Shown piece by piece: positions 1 to 10,918 of a DNA stretch of 30,977 nt; the first letter of the stretch is position 1; the number at the start of each line of letters is the position of its first letter. Both the position numbers and the translations under genes were made by a program. The stretch is from Octopus sinensis (Eukaryota): positions 1 to 30,977 of the forward strand of contig NW_021832443.1 in the NCBI RefSeq assembly GCF_006345805.1, read 5' to 3'. Under the pieces are notes generated by a model. It was not told the DNA's origin and did no database searches. It saw nothing but the letters and a program-made list of their open reading frames with translations.

Positions 1-187
1 ATCAACCCATCCTTGCAAGACTTCCATCCATCCATCCATCCATCCTGTGGCTTCAGTAGGTGCCTCCCGATTTTCTAGAAATAACTGCTAAATTTTCATC
101 ACATCTCACACCGAACCGATTTAAATACAAAGTAGGTAGCATATTACATTATGTAGTTGTCATGTGCTCCCATAAAAAGATGAAATA

Positions 188-398
188 GGCGCAGGAGTAG
201 CTGTGTGGTAAATAGCTAGCTTAGCAACCATATGGTTCCGGGTTCAGTCCCACTGCGTGGCACCTTTGGCAAGTGTCTTCTATTATAGCTTCGGGCCGGC
301 CAAAGCCTTGTGAGTGGATTTGGTAGAGGAAACTGAATAAAGCCCGTCATATATATATATATATGTATGTATGCATGTATGTATGTATATATCTATAT

Positions 399-447
<49 letters not shown>

Positions 448-720
448 ATATATATCATGTATGTATGTTATGTATGTATGTATGTATGTATGTATGTATG
501 AGTGTGTATGTTTGTGTGTCTGTGCTTGTCACCCCAACATCGTTTGACAACCGATGCTGGTGTGTTTATGCCCCCGTCACTTAGCACTTCGGCAAAACAG
601 GCCGATAGAATAAGTACTAGGTATACGAAGAACAAGTCCTGGGGTCGATTTGCTCGACTAAAGGCGGTGCTCCAGCATGGCCACAGTCAAATGACTGAAA
701 CAAGTGAAAGAGTAAAAGAG
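188..720 (+). mobile_element. SINE-I, full length: tRNA-like head, body, internal (TA)n/(TATG)n microsatellite, 3' half ending in AAAGAGT repeats
   Basis: Head GGCGCAGGAGTAGCTGTGTGG...GGTTCAGTCCC has A-box/B-box-like motifs. The sequence recurs at 4840, 7168, 16047 and 24418 (+) and at 10408 and 16375 (-). Confidence 0.9.
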
Positions 721-751
721 TAAATAAAGAAAAGGTAGATAAAGAAAATGA

Positions 752-1090
752 AAAGAAAGTGACAAAAAAAGAAGAAAACTGGAAAGTCATGGCTGGAGTG
801 CCTTTCCTCGTGAGTGTACTCGGACAGCAGCAACAACAACCATAACAGCAGCAACAGTATGGGGAGCAGCAACAGCAGTAACTACATGGAATCGCAGCAG
901 CAACACCACCACCAACAACAACAACCATAACAACAATAATTTGGTAACTTATTCATTGAGTCAGTTATCAACAGCCGCCGCCCCTGCTAACCCAGTAATC
1001 CACACCAATGATATATCTGCAGAATCTTGTATGAAGGACGGACAGTCTGCCAACACAAGACGAACCAGAATCAAGAACAACAAAATATAA
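752..1090 (+). other. Open reading frame without ATG (~112 codons, Thr/Ala/Asn-rich); possible terminal exon
   Basis: Hand translation KESDKKRRKLESHGW...NNNNHNNNNLVTYSLSQLSTAAAPANPVIHTNDISAESCMKDGQSANTRRTRIKNNKI*, followed by AT-rich sequence. No homology recognised; partly CAA/CAG repeat. Confidence 0.2.
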
Positions 1091-1407
1091 TATATATAAA
1101 CGAAAATATAAAAAAATAATAAATATAAAAAAATACGGAATTTCAAGAAATTTCGGATTCTTCATTCTACAATGAGGAAGATTACTGTCAGTTTTTGGAA
1201 ATTTGTTTCTCTTTCTTTTACGTTTTGCATTTTTGAATTCTCTCTTAGCATTTCTGTCTTTCTGTCTTTCTTTATTTTCTTTATTTACCGTTTCTTTCTC
1301 GTGTCCTTTTGTTTGTTTTTTTTTTCTTTTGGTATTTTATTTCGGATAATCTGTTACTTATACATAAGATGGCGATAAGCCCGTACGTAACATTTATCAC
1401 TCTCCTG

Positions 1408-1419
1408 ATTGAGGACAAA

Positions 1420-1452
<33 letters not shown>

Positions 1453-1454
1453 GG

Positions 1455-1494
<40 letters not shown>

Positions 1495-1505
1495 AATGAT
1501 GAAGG

Positions 1506-1537
<32 letters not shown>

Positions 1538-1778
1538 GTGATGATGAGATGATGATGATGATGATGATATGGTGATGATGATTGATGTGATGATGATGTT
1601 GACGATGGCCTCGGTGACGATACCACAACGACGATGCTGATGATGAACACCGCAACGACGACAGTATTATGATGATGACATTTTATGATAATGATGAGGA
1701 CGTGATGATGATGCTGATGATAATGATGACGAGGATGATGATGATGATGATGATGATGATAATGATGATGATTGATGA

Positions 1779-1811
<33 letters not shown>

Positions 1812-1970
1812 TGATGGTGATGATGATGATTGATGATGATAATGATGATGATGATGATGATGATGATGGTGTGATTTGGAAGACTATGACGCGATGATGG
1901 AGATGATGATGATGTATTTGCGACGATTGACAAGATGATAGTGCAAATCAACAAAGACGATAACAATAAG
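1408..1970. repeat. Degenerate (GAT)n microsatellite field
   Basis: Direct reading of long GATGATGAT runs with GAA/GGT interruptions. Confidence 0.95.
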
Positions 1971-1979
1971 TGCACGAGG

Positions 1980-3230
1980 AAGAGATTACGATAGGATGAT
2001 GATGATGAGATGGTGATGAAGAGAAGATGAAGAAAAAAGAATATGAAGATGTAGAGAATGAAGAAGAAGATGAAGAAAGTAATATGGAAAATGAAGAAGT
2101 AGAAGTAGAAGAAGTAGAAGAAGAAAAAGATGAAGGAGATGAAGAAGAGCAAGAACAACAAGCAGAAGGAGAAATGTAAAGGAAAAGGAGACAATGAAGA
2201 TGAAGGAGGGGAAGGAGAAGAGGAAAAGGATGATGTTGACAGCACGTTCATGATGATATTGATGAAGATGACATGATGACGATGATGATGATGATGATGA
2301 TGATGACAACACCGAGGACGGCGATGGCGATGGTGATGATGACTGTCTTGATGAAAATGGCAATGACAATGACAATGATATAAAATATGCAGAAGATGAG
2401 GACGAAGAAGAAGGAGGAGGAGGAGGAGGAGGAAGAAGAAAATGAGAAGGACGAAGAGGAAGGCAGAAGAAGAAGGGGGAGGAAGAGGAGGAGGTGGAAG
2501 AAAAGGAGAAGGAGGAAGAGGAAGATAGAAGAATAAGAAGAAGAAGAAAGAAAAGAAGAAAAAGGGGATGAAGAGAAAGAAGAAGAAGGAGGAGCAAGAT
2601 GAAAAAGTAGAAGTAGAAGAAAAAGAAGAAGAAGAAGAAAGGAGAAAGAAAGAAGAAGGAGAAAGGAAGAAGGAAGAAAGCAGAAGAGAGAAGAAAAAGA
2701 AGAGAGAAGGAGAAGAAAAGAGAAGAAGAAGGAGAAGAAGAAGAAAGAAAGAGAAGAGAAGAGAAGAAGAAAGAAAGAGGAGGAATAGGAAGAAGTGAGA
2801 AGAATAGAAGAAAAAAAGAAGAGGAGGAAGAAGAAGAAGAGGAGGAAGAGAAGAAGAAGAGAAGAAGAAAGAAAGAGAGGAGGAGAAGAAGAAGCAGAAG
2901 AAGAAGAAAGAAGGAGGAGGAGGAAGAAGAAGAAGAAGAATGAAGAAGAAGAAGGAGGAGGAGAAGAGAAGAAGAAGAAAAAGAAAAAGAGAAGAAAAGA
3001 AGAAGAAAGGGGAGAAGAGAAGTAAAGAGAAGAAGGAAGAAGAAAGAAGAAGAGAAGACAGAAGAAGGAGGAGAAGAGAAGAAGAAGAAAAAGAAAAAGA
3101 AGAAGAAAAGGAAGAAGAAGGAGGAGAAGAAGAAGAAGCAAAAAAAGAAGAAAAGAAGAAGGAAAAGAAGAAGAAGAAAAGAAGAAGGAAAAAAGAAGAA
3201 GAAGAAGAAAGAGGAGGAGGCGTGGGCGCA
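1980..3230. repeat. Degenerate (GAA)/(GGA)n polypurine tract; nearly pure purine from ~2390 to 3230
   Basis: Direct reading. Confidence 0.95.
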
Positions 3231-3479
3231 GCGGCGGCAAAGTGAAGAGATCGATGGCGTAAGTGACAGCGTCATGAAGATGGCGACGACGATGATTAAA
3301 ACAAATGTATGCAGCTCATCTAAATACATAAATAAATCAAACAAATACACATATGATGAATGAAACGTCATTGATTGATGTTCGTACAATGTTCATGCCA
3401 TCCCTTACCACCAGGGGGCGTTCTGAAGTCTAATCAATAACGCAATGTCCAAATCAATGTTTTATTTATTTATGTTTAT

Positions 3480-3555
3480 ACTTGTTATTATCATTGTTGT
3501 TGTTAGTGGTGCTGCTGTTGTTGTTGTTCTTCTTCTTGTCTTATTATTATTCTTC

Positions 3556-3604
<49 letters not shown>

Positions 3605-3645
3605 GTTGTTATTATTATTGTTATTATTATTATTGTTATTATTAT
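3480..3645. repeat. (TGT)/(TAT)n compound microsatellite
   Basis: Direct reading. Confidence 0.9.
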
Positions 3646-4117
3646 TTGCTTCGTTGTCTTCTCTGCTTTTATCATTCTTAGACGAGATTCGGGCAACATA
3701 TTCTGCTTCCGCTATTTCTTCTGCCGTATAACTTATATGGAACATATGTAAATATATTAACGCCTGCGCACAGACACGCTATACACACACTCACACACAC
3801 ACAACCAGGCAAGCGCACATGCTTGCACATACTCACACACACACGATCTAAAACACACATACACACAAACAGATACGTACAGGCATGTAGCTACGCAAAA
3901 TTAGGGAAGGAATACCACAAACGTGTTAGATTCAGAATGAAAGCAGAATGACATGACAAAAATAAAATAATAGGCATCGATACTTTAGCTGTGTCAGTAA
4001 TAAGTTAGAGTCATAATATAATCAAATAAACGTTTAATAATATTCACGCTTTTTGACGTATACACACGTTCACACACACACAGACACACACACACACATG
4101 CAAACTCACACATTTCT

Positions 4118-4532
4118 TATTTCTTTACTACCCACAAGAGGCTACACACAGAGGGTACGAACAAGGACAGACAAACGGATTAAGTCGATTATATCGACCC
4201 CAGTGCGTAACTGGTACTTATTCAATCGACCCCGAAAGGATGAAAGGCAAAGTCGACCTCGGCAGAATTTGAACTCAGAACGTAGTGGCAGACAAAATAC
4301 CTATTTCTTTACTACCCACAAAGGACTAAACACAGAGAGGACAAACAAGGATAGACAAACGGATTAAGTCGATTATATCGATCCCAGTCCGTAACTGGTA
4401 CTTATTTAATCGACCCTGCAAGGATGAAAGGCAAAGTCGACCTCGGTGGAATTCGAACTCAGAATGCAGCGGCGGACGAAATACCACAAAGCATTTCGCC
4501 CGGCGTGCTAACGTTTCTGCCAGCTCGCCGCC
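4118..4532 (-). mobile_element. SINE-II dimer: one 47-nt head plus two 184-bp modules (4118-4301, 4302-4485)
   Basis: The minus strand starts GGCGGCGAGCTGGCAG (A-box-like) and has B-box-like GAGTTCAAAT. Two near-identical modules are joined at AAATACC|TATTTC. Confidence 0.9.
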
Positions 4533-4839
4533 TTACACATACATTTCTGCATGCAAATACACACAGGGACATATACATTTATTCTCGCATCAATCCCTCG
4601 AACATCGCGCGTTTTACGTTCCTAAACATACCGCCATAGGAGAAATTCCGCGAACTAAAATCAGTATTGTACTGTATATTTTTATTATTTTTATAATTTG
4701 TAAATATTTATTTCATAATAAATGCAAAACACTACCACACACTTGCCTGCTGAGTTTCGCTTTCCATACAATATGTGCGATATTTTGTCTACTCATCTTC
4801 GGTGCTCTGTGTATTTTCTTTAAATATATTTTAATTAAT

Positions 4840-4983
4840 GTGTGGAGTGGCTGTGTGGTATGTAGCTTGCTTACCAACCACATGGTTCTGGGTTCATTCC
4901 CACCACGGCACTTCTACTATAGCCTCGGGCCGACCAAAGCCTTGTGAGTGAATTTGGTAGACGGAAACTGAAAGAAGCCCGTC

Positions 4984-5059
<76 letters not shown>

Positions 5060-5268
5060 TGTTTGTGTATTTGTGTGTGTGTATGTGTGTGTCTGTGTTT
5101 TTCCCCCAACATTGCTTGACAACCAATGGTGGTTTGTTTACGTCCTCGTAACTTAGTAGCTCTGCAAAAGAGACCGATAGAATAAGTACTTACAAAGAAT
5201 AAGTCATGGGGTTGATTTCTTCCACTAAAGGCATGGCCGCAGTCAAATGACTGAAATAAATAAAAGAG
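4840..5268 (+). mobile_element. SINE-I copy
   Basis: Aligns by eye with 188-720; internal (TA)n(TG)n; small deletion in the 3' part. Confidence 0.9.
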
Positions 5269-5269
5269 T

Positions 5270-5584
5270 TGCAGTAGTGTACTGTTGAGCATGTCTCCTT
5301 TGGGGTTTGAATAATTTACCTCTGGAAACATGGGTGTTTCGTTCAACATCCTTAAGCAACCCAACCCTTAATCAGGCACATTTTGAGCTGGATGGGCTAC
5401 TCGACTTGGAAGGTCAGACGCTCGTTATCTTGATATGAGATCACCATATCGTGCACATATAGTTATGATGCATGGGCTTGATATACCCTTATCGGACGGG
5501 TAATCATGATGGGTATACTGGGCTTCGTATATTTTGCGCTTGTGTCACTTTGATGGCATGCACACTTTCTCAATAATAATAATA
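5270..5584 (+). mobile_element. Probable 3' part of another retroposon ending in an (AAT)n tail
   Basis: GC-richer segment ending ...GATGGCATGCACACTTTCTCAATAATAATAAT. It resembles an abundant octopus repeat 3' end as I recall it; not verifiable inside the window. Confidence 0.45.
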
Positions 5585-6170
5585 GCTGCACAAGTTAAAG
5601 CATTATGGACTAATTGGATAAAAGCCAAAAATAGATAAAAACCAAGTAGATTCCCAATGTAGATTATGCAAATCAAAAGAAGGAAGCGTTACACATATAA
5701 TACATGAATGTAGCATGCTGGCAAAGAAAGGCTACCAGAAAAGACATGACAATCTAAGGACAGCCATCCACTGGGAGCTTTTTAGTAAGATAGAACTTGA
5801 ACATACTGATAAATAGTATGAACATGAACCTAGTAAAGTACTAGAAAGCAAGAAATACAAGATGTTGTGCGACTTTAACATTCAGACTGACAGAATAATA
5901 GAAGATAGAAGACCTGATTTGGTAGTAGTAGTAGAAGGAAAGAATGGAACGTGCCAGATAATTGACTTTACAGTCCCAAATGGTGAAAAAATTAATATGA
6001 GAAGTATAGAAAAAATAGCAAAGTACCAGGGCCCATCTATTGAATTACAGAGACTATGGAAAGTGCGGGTAAAATGTATCCCAGTAGTTATAGGTGTACT
6101 AAGAACTAACCCTAAATATCTGAACAGAAGGATAGAGGAAATAGGCAGAAAAGCTAGATTAGTAATGTAA
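5585..6170 (+). pseudogene. R4/Dong-like non-LTR retrotransposon fragment: CCHC zinc knuckle and restriction-like endonuclease
   Basis: Translation CRLCKSKEGSVTHIIHEC...KRHD...LCDFNIQTDRIIEDRRPDLVV...IIDFTVP...EKIAKY...IPVVIG. One frameshift near 5630-5645 and an in-frame stop. Confidence 0.9.
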
Positions 6171-6204
6171 CCATCCTTTAACGTGGTTAACATATCCACC
6201 ACCT

Positions 6205-6221
6205 CTCTCTTCTCTCTCTCT

Positions 6222-6272
<51 letters not shown>

Positions 6273-6398
6273 TATATATATACACATATATATATTACAC
6301 ATATATATATATATACACATATATATATACATATATATATACATATATATACATACATATATATTTATACATATATATATATATATACATATATATAC

Positions 6399-6444
<46 letters not shown>

Positions 6445-6535
6445 TATATATATACATATTTATATATATATTACATATCTATATATATACATATTTATAT
6501 ATTATGCACACACACACACACACACACACACACAC

Positions 6536-6580
<45 letters not shown>
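6205..6580. repeat. (CT)n-(TA)n-(CA)n compound microsatellite
   Basis: Direct reading. Confidence 0.95.
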
Positions 6581-6582
<2 letters not shown>

Positions 6583-7167
6583 TGATTGTTGTTAACAATA
6601 TAGTAAATACTATTTCAATAACTTCAATTCATCACAGACATTTTACTCATTTTAAGTTGGAGTATGGTTTTCTCAAAATAATAAGCCATTTACAAATAAG
6701 GGACAGCATAAGTTATTCTAGTGCATGGTCAATATTAATAAAGCATATCTGAATTAAAGAAGTGCAATATCTCCATTATGACCAACTGAACGATATCGTG
6801 CGAAAATATTGTTGTTTACTTTTGTTAATCGCGAAGAAATCACAATAAATTTGCGGTGTTTGCAGAGAAATTCTTATTAAGGAAATAAGCATAATATTTC
6901 ATTTTATGCTTTCCCCACTTTTTTTGTTAAGTAAATGACATTCACTAGGATTGGCAGACTAATTATTTGTAGTCTGCATTTCGTGAAGTTTGGCAAATAA
7001 TTCATGAGAATGGTTGTAGGAAATTATCCTGGGACCACAATGAAGGAATCCTCTAGCAAACACATAATGTGACAGAAAAAAAATAATAGTAAAAACAATG
7101 AAAATTCGTATTATTCTCCTTAGGGTCTAACGCAGAATAACTTCTCAGAATTAAACGAATAATATCT

Positions 7168-7560
7168 GAGTTGCTGTGTGGTAAGTAGCTTGCCTAAGAA
7201 CCACATGGTTCCGTGTTCAGTCTCACTGCGTGGCACCTTGGGCAAGTGTCTTCTACTATAGCCTCGGGCCGACCAAAGCCCTGTGAGTGGATTAGGTAAA
7301 CGGGAACTGAAAGATGCCCGTCGTATATATGCATATGTATATATGTGTTTGTATTTGTGTGTCTGTGTTTGTTCACCCAACATCGCTTGACAGCTCGATG
7401 GTGGTGTTTACGTCTCCGTAACTTGAGGTTCGGCAAAAGTGACCGATAGAATAGGTACTAGGCTAACAAGGAATAGATCCTGGGGTCGATTTGCTCGACT
7501 AAATGCAGTGCTCCAGCTAGGTCACAGTCAAAGGAGCGAAACAATTAAAAGATAAAAGAG
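7168..7560 (+). mobile_element. SINE-I copy with short internal microsatellite
   Basis: Aligns with 188-720. Confidence 0.9.
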
Positions 7561-8286
7561 TAGTGCCCATCAGCAGAAACTTTTGACTGAGAAATAATGT
7601 GTAAATCTATAAAAACCTGCTCATGATGCCTAGCATATAAAACAGAAAATCAGAATTTGTTACTAGTTTAATATGTTTCTATGCTACATGTCTATATTTA
7701 ACACCTATATGAAATCGTAAGAGAACATTATTTTCACGTGCTGTGAATAATTCTGGCCAAAATTAACCTTTGAATCTCATCAGACTAAGTTAAGAGCTTA
7801 CTTTCTGAATGACAGAAATTTACCCTAATCATAGAAATATGAAATGAATAGAAAATACGTTTCGAAAACATCCATATCAAAGAGAAAGCTAACTATGACA
7901 ATAGAGAACGTTTTGATACAGACTATCACGATAGACATATCACATCTATAAGAAAATATTTTTCTTATGTGTAAACTCAGAGAAGTCTTCAAAATTAATC
8001 CCTACTAAACACTTTACCCTGATAACAAGATGAATACACTGTTGTTAATAATAAGCAATTATTAACTTCCTTATCTCCATTTTCTTTTCTTCTTTTAAAT
8101 GGATACAAAATATATGCTTAATATATGCCTATTGTTTAAGGGAATTTCACACCCCCAAATACTAGGAATTGAACTAGTATTTCCTTGGATGCAATCATCC
8201 CTTCACGAGGTTAACGTATCAGGCAGCTTTAAGGATAGAATATTCAAAAGGTGGTGATTATAAATATACCGTCACGTCGACTGACA

Positions 8287-8548
8287 GGTCGTAAGTCGAT
8301 CTAGTCGTATGTCGGATTTATATTATGCAACACTATTTTCAATCAAACGCAAATGATGCACTGAGAGACAGTGGCAAGCAGTAGATTCCTGGGTCTGAGT
8401 GAGGCCTGCGTTGCCAGATACTACTATAGTTATCATACGAACAGCTAGCCAACGTCCCAATATAGATGATTTAATTATTTAGTATTTTATTTAATTGTTT
8501 TTGTGGTCGTAAGTGCAAGTGGGCGTAAGTCGCATAGGTCGGAAGTCG
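8287..8548. repeat. Two clusters of 16-bp-period GGTCGTAAGTCG-like repeats (8287, 8303; 8505, 8521, 8537)
   Basis: Direct reading; CpG-rich motif in an AT-rich background. Confidence 0.7.
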
Positions 8549-8689
8549 AGAAGTTGTAAAATAATTTTCAAAATCTGTGAATAATTTAAAAAAACCAAAA
8601 GCAATTTATTTTTGTATGCACCAACGAATTACAACCTTAATATAGTGAAAGACAACAGTGTTTTCCCCATTGTCATCTGCTCTGTTATT

Positions 8690-9030
8690 TAAGCTTTTCC
8701 CTGCAACACTTCGGCATTCTTTGCCCAAGGATCAAATAAGGACAGGGAACATTTGATATTTAGTCAAGGCTCACATGACATCACTGAATGACCACAGGCC
8801 GTTGGGACTGTGTAATATCAAGGACACTGCAATTCATTGAAATCTCTATGCCGAAGCCAGAGGACTGTCTTTTGCTATAGAATTCATAACTGAGGACCCT
8901 TTACATCGGGTCCATATCAGGCCTGGAAAACAGTGGTTACATAGCGGAAAACTCCATACTCACAAAACATCCTGAACTCCAGAGCTGCAGCCTCATCACC
9001 AGATGCTCTTTAATATCTTCTTCACGATAG
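8690..9030 (+). pseudogene. Highly decayed LINE RT relic, possibly Rex1/Babar-like
   Basis: One frame with stops reads SLNDHRPLGL...DPLH...IRPGK...QMLF. Spacing resembles the LNDYRPVAL...LDPxQFAYR...RMLF series of Rex1-type RT. Confidence 0.35.
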
Positions 9031-9035
9031 ATATT

Positions 9036-9439
9036 TATTTCTTTATTGCCCACAGGGGAATAAACATATAGGGGACAAACACGGACAGACAAACGGATTA
9101 AGTGGATTACATCGACCCCAGTGCGTAACTGGTACTGATTTAATCGACCCCAAAAGGATGAAAGGCAAAATCGACCTCGGTGGAATATGAATTCAGAATG
9201 TAACGGGAGACAAAATACCTATTTCTTTACAACCCACAAGGAGCTAAACACAGAGAGGACAAGCAAGGACGGACAAACGGATTAAGTCGATTACATCGAC
9301 CCCAGTGCGTAACTGGTACTTAATTTATCGACCCCGAAAGGATGAAAGGCAAAGTCCAACTTGGCGGAACTTGAACTCAGAACATAGCGGCAGACGAAAT
9401 ACCACTAAGCATTTGGTCCGGCGTGCTAATGCTTCTGCA
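9036..9439 (-). mobile_element. SINE-II dimer: modules 9036-9219 and 9220-9403 plus partial head
   Basis: Same architecture and same junction (CAAAATACC|TATTTC) as 4118-4532. Confidence 0.9.
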
Positions 9440-9539
9440 AGATAAATATTAAAGCTAACGTATGTAAACGACAAAAATTCTGTATAAGCAGAGAAGCTGT
9501 AATTATAAATATAACACGCGTCTCTATGAGGTGATATAT

Positions 9540-10405
9540 TGTCTCAAGAAACTTCTCCTTCTCTACCTACTTTTTGTCTAGCATTAATATATTTTAAGCA
9601 ACGTGTTAAAACAAAGCTGAACTCGGATACTAATTCTACGGGGGGAGACTCAGCCTTTTTTCTTCTTTCTCAAACACATCAGCAGTTTGAGAATACAAGC
9701 GGAAGACGACTACATTCAACGCATATACTTGATAGGGGAGTTCGTATGCAATGTGGATTAAATAGTGGGAAATTAATTAAGAATACCAATGTGAAGTTAG
9801 AAGAAGAACAAGAAGCTGAGATAAAAGTATTATACTAAACGTAGATTCATACTGTAATGAAGAATTAATGAACAAAGAATAGTACAACATATGTGCCTGA
9901 ACGAAAACTCTGGGAAGAAATATTATAGTCGCATCATATTACTATTTAAAACAGAGCTAAACACTTAAGACATTCTAACGTCAGTGGTTCAGTAATAAGT
10001 TTTTTGTAAAAATATTCTCCATTGGAAACGAAAGAAATTAGTAAGACTAAAGAGAAAAAGTGTAAAAGTTAATAACTTCATTTATATTACAGAGTCTATC
10101 ATCTGACAGAAAAAATACATTAACAACTAAGAGAGGAAGCTGGAGGGCCTTATGTAAATATAGAATAATCGCTGTAGCAGTTGAGACGTACTTAGCAAAG
10201 AACAAAGAAAACTATTACAAATTGCTACAAAACGTACACAAATTACAAACCTGCTTTAATTAGGAAACATAGTCAAGAAATACACAGGTGATGGCATGGC
10301 GTTGAAGAAACAGCAAACATTGGGAATCGAAAGCCTGGGGTTGAAATAAAAGCTGAAATGAAGGAACTAAAATGAAAAGGTTACCCGTATATGGGGTCAA
10401 TATTA
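9540..10405 (+). pseudogene. Old R4/Dong-like RT relic
   Basis: Degenerate motifs in the expected order: SPSLPTFCLALI (cf. SLSPLLFCLAL), MQCGLN (cf. MEFGLD), YYSRIILLFKTELN, LREEAGG (cf. RxEGGRG), and an HGQY-like remnant. Many stops and frameshifts. Confidence 0.6.
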
Positions 10406-10407
10406 TT

Positions 10408-10650
10408 CACTTTTTTCTTGTTTCAGTCATCGGACTGTGGCCATGCTGGAGCACCGCCTTTTAGTCGAGCTGATCGCCCCCCAGGACTTACTCTTTGTAA
10501 GCCTAGTACTTATTCTATCGGTGTCCTTTGCCGAACCTCTAAGTAACGGGGACGTAAACAAACCAGTATCGGTTGCCAAGCGATGTTGGGCGAGACAAAC
10601 ACAGGCACACAAACACACACACACACACACACACGCACACACACATATAT
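10408..10650 (-). mobile_element. SINE-I, 3' half only, ending at its internal (CA)/(TA) microsatellite
   Basis: Reverse complement of the SINE-I tail; no head found nearby. Confidence 0.85.
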
Positions 10651-10756
10651 ATATATTGGTAAAAACGGTAAGATAACAAAAGAAAGAAAGAGACCTCAAT
10701 ATTATGTAAATAGAGGAAATTTATCTATAAAACAATATGTTACAATTATACAATAG

Positions 10757-10824
10757 CCAAGATAAAACTCTGAGTTTCGGATGCCGAGGTGGAAATCCAC
10801 AACACCATCTCTTCAATTATCTGG
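10757..10824 (-). ncRNA. Hammerhead-ribozyme-like motif (type I, minimal); mirror of 10851-10918
   Basis: Minus strand: CCAGAUAA-UUGAAGA-GAUG..CAUC(C)-GAAA-CUCAGAG-UU-UUAUCUUGG. C3 is U. Confidence 0.5.
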
Positions 10825-10850
10825 TCATCTGAAAAACATTTTTCCGATGG

Positions 10851-10918
10851 CCAGATAATTGAAGAGATGGTGTTGGGGATTTCCACCTCGGCATCCGAAA
10901 CTCAGAGTTTTATCTTGG
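10851..10918 (+). ncRNA. Hammerhead-ribozyme-like motif (type I, minimal)
   Basis: Helix I AGAUAA/UUAUCU. Core UUGAAGA at 10859-10865. Helix II GAUG/CAUC with one bulged C. GAAA at 10897-10900. Helix III palindrome AACUC-A-GAGUU. Putative cleavage triplet GUU. Confidence 0.5.

Noticed and set aside
3210-3363. Open frame EEAWAQRRQSEEIDG... with GTAAGT at 3259-3264
   Set aside because: No acceptor, upstream frames are interrupted by stops, no recognisable homology, and GTAAGT occurs by chance.
6885-7030. Two 8-bp hairpins (AAGCATAA/TTATGCTT, GCAGACTA/TAGTCTGC) and a Helitron-like phrase
   Set aside because: Short stems are expected in AT-rich DNA and no element ends could be defined.
7730-7790. 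CUGAUGA...GAAA on the minus strand
   Set aside because: No helix II closing next to the core and no palindromic helix III.
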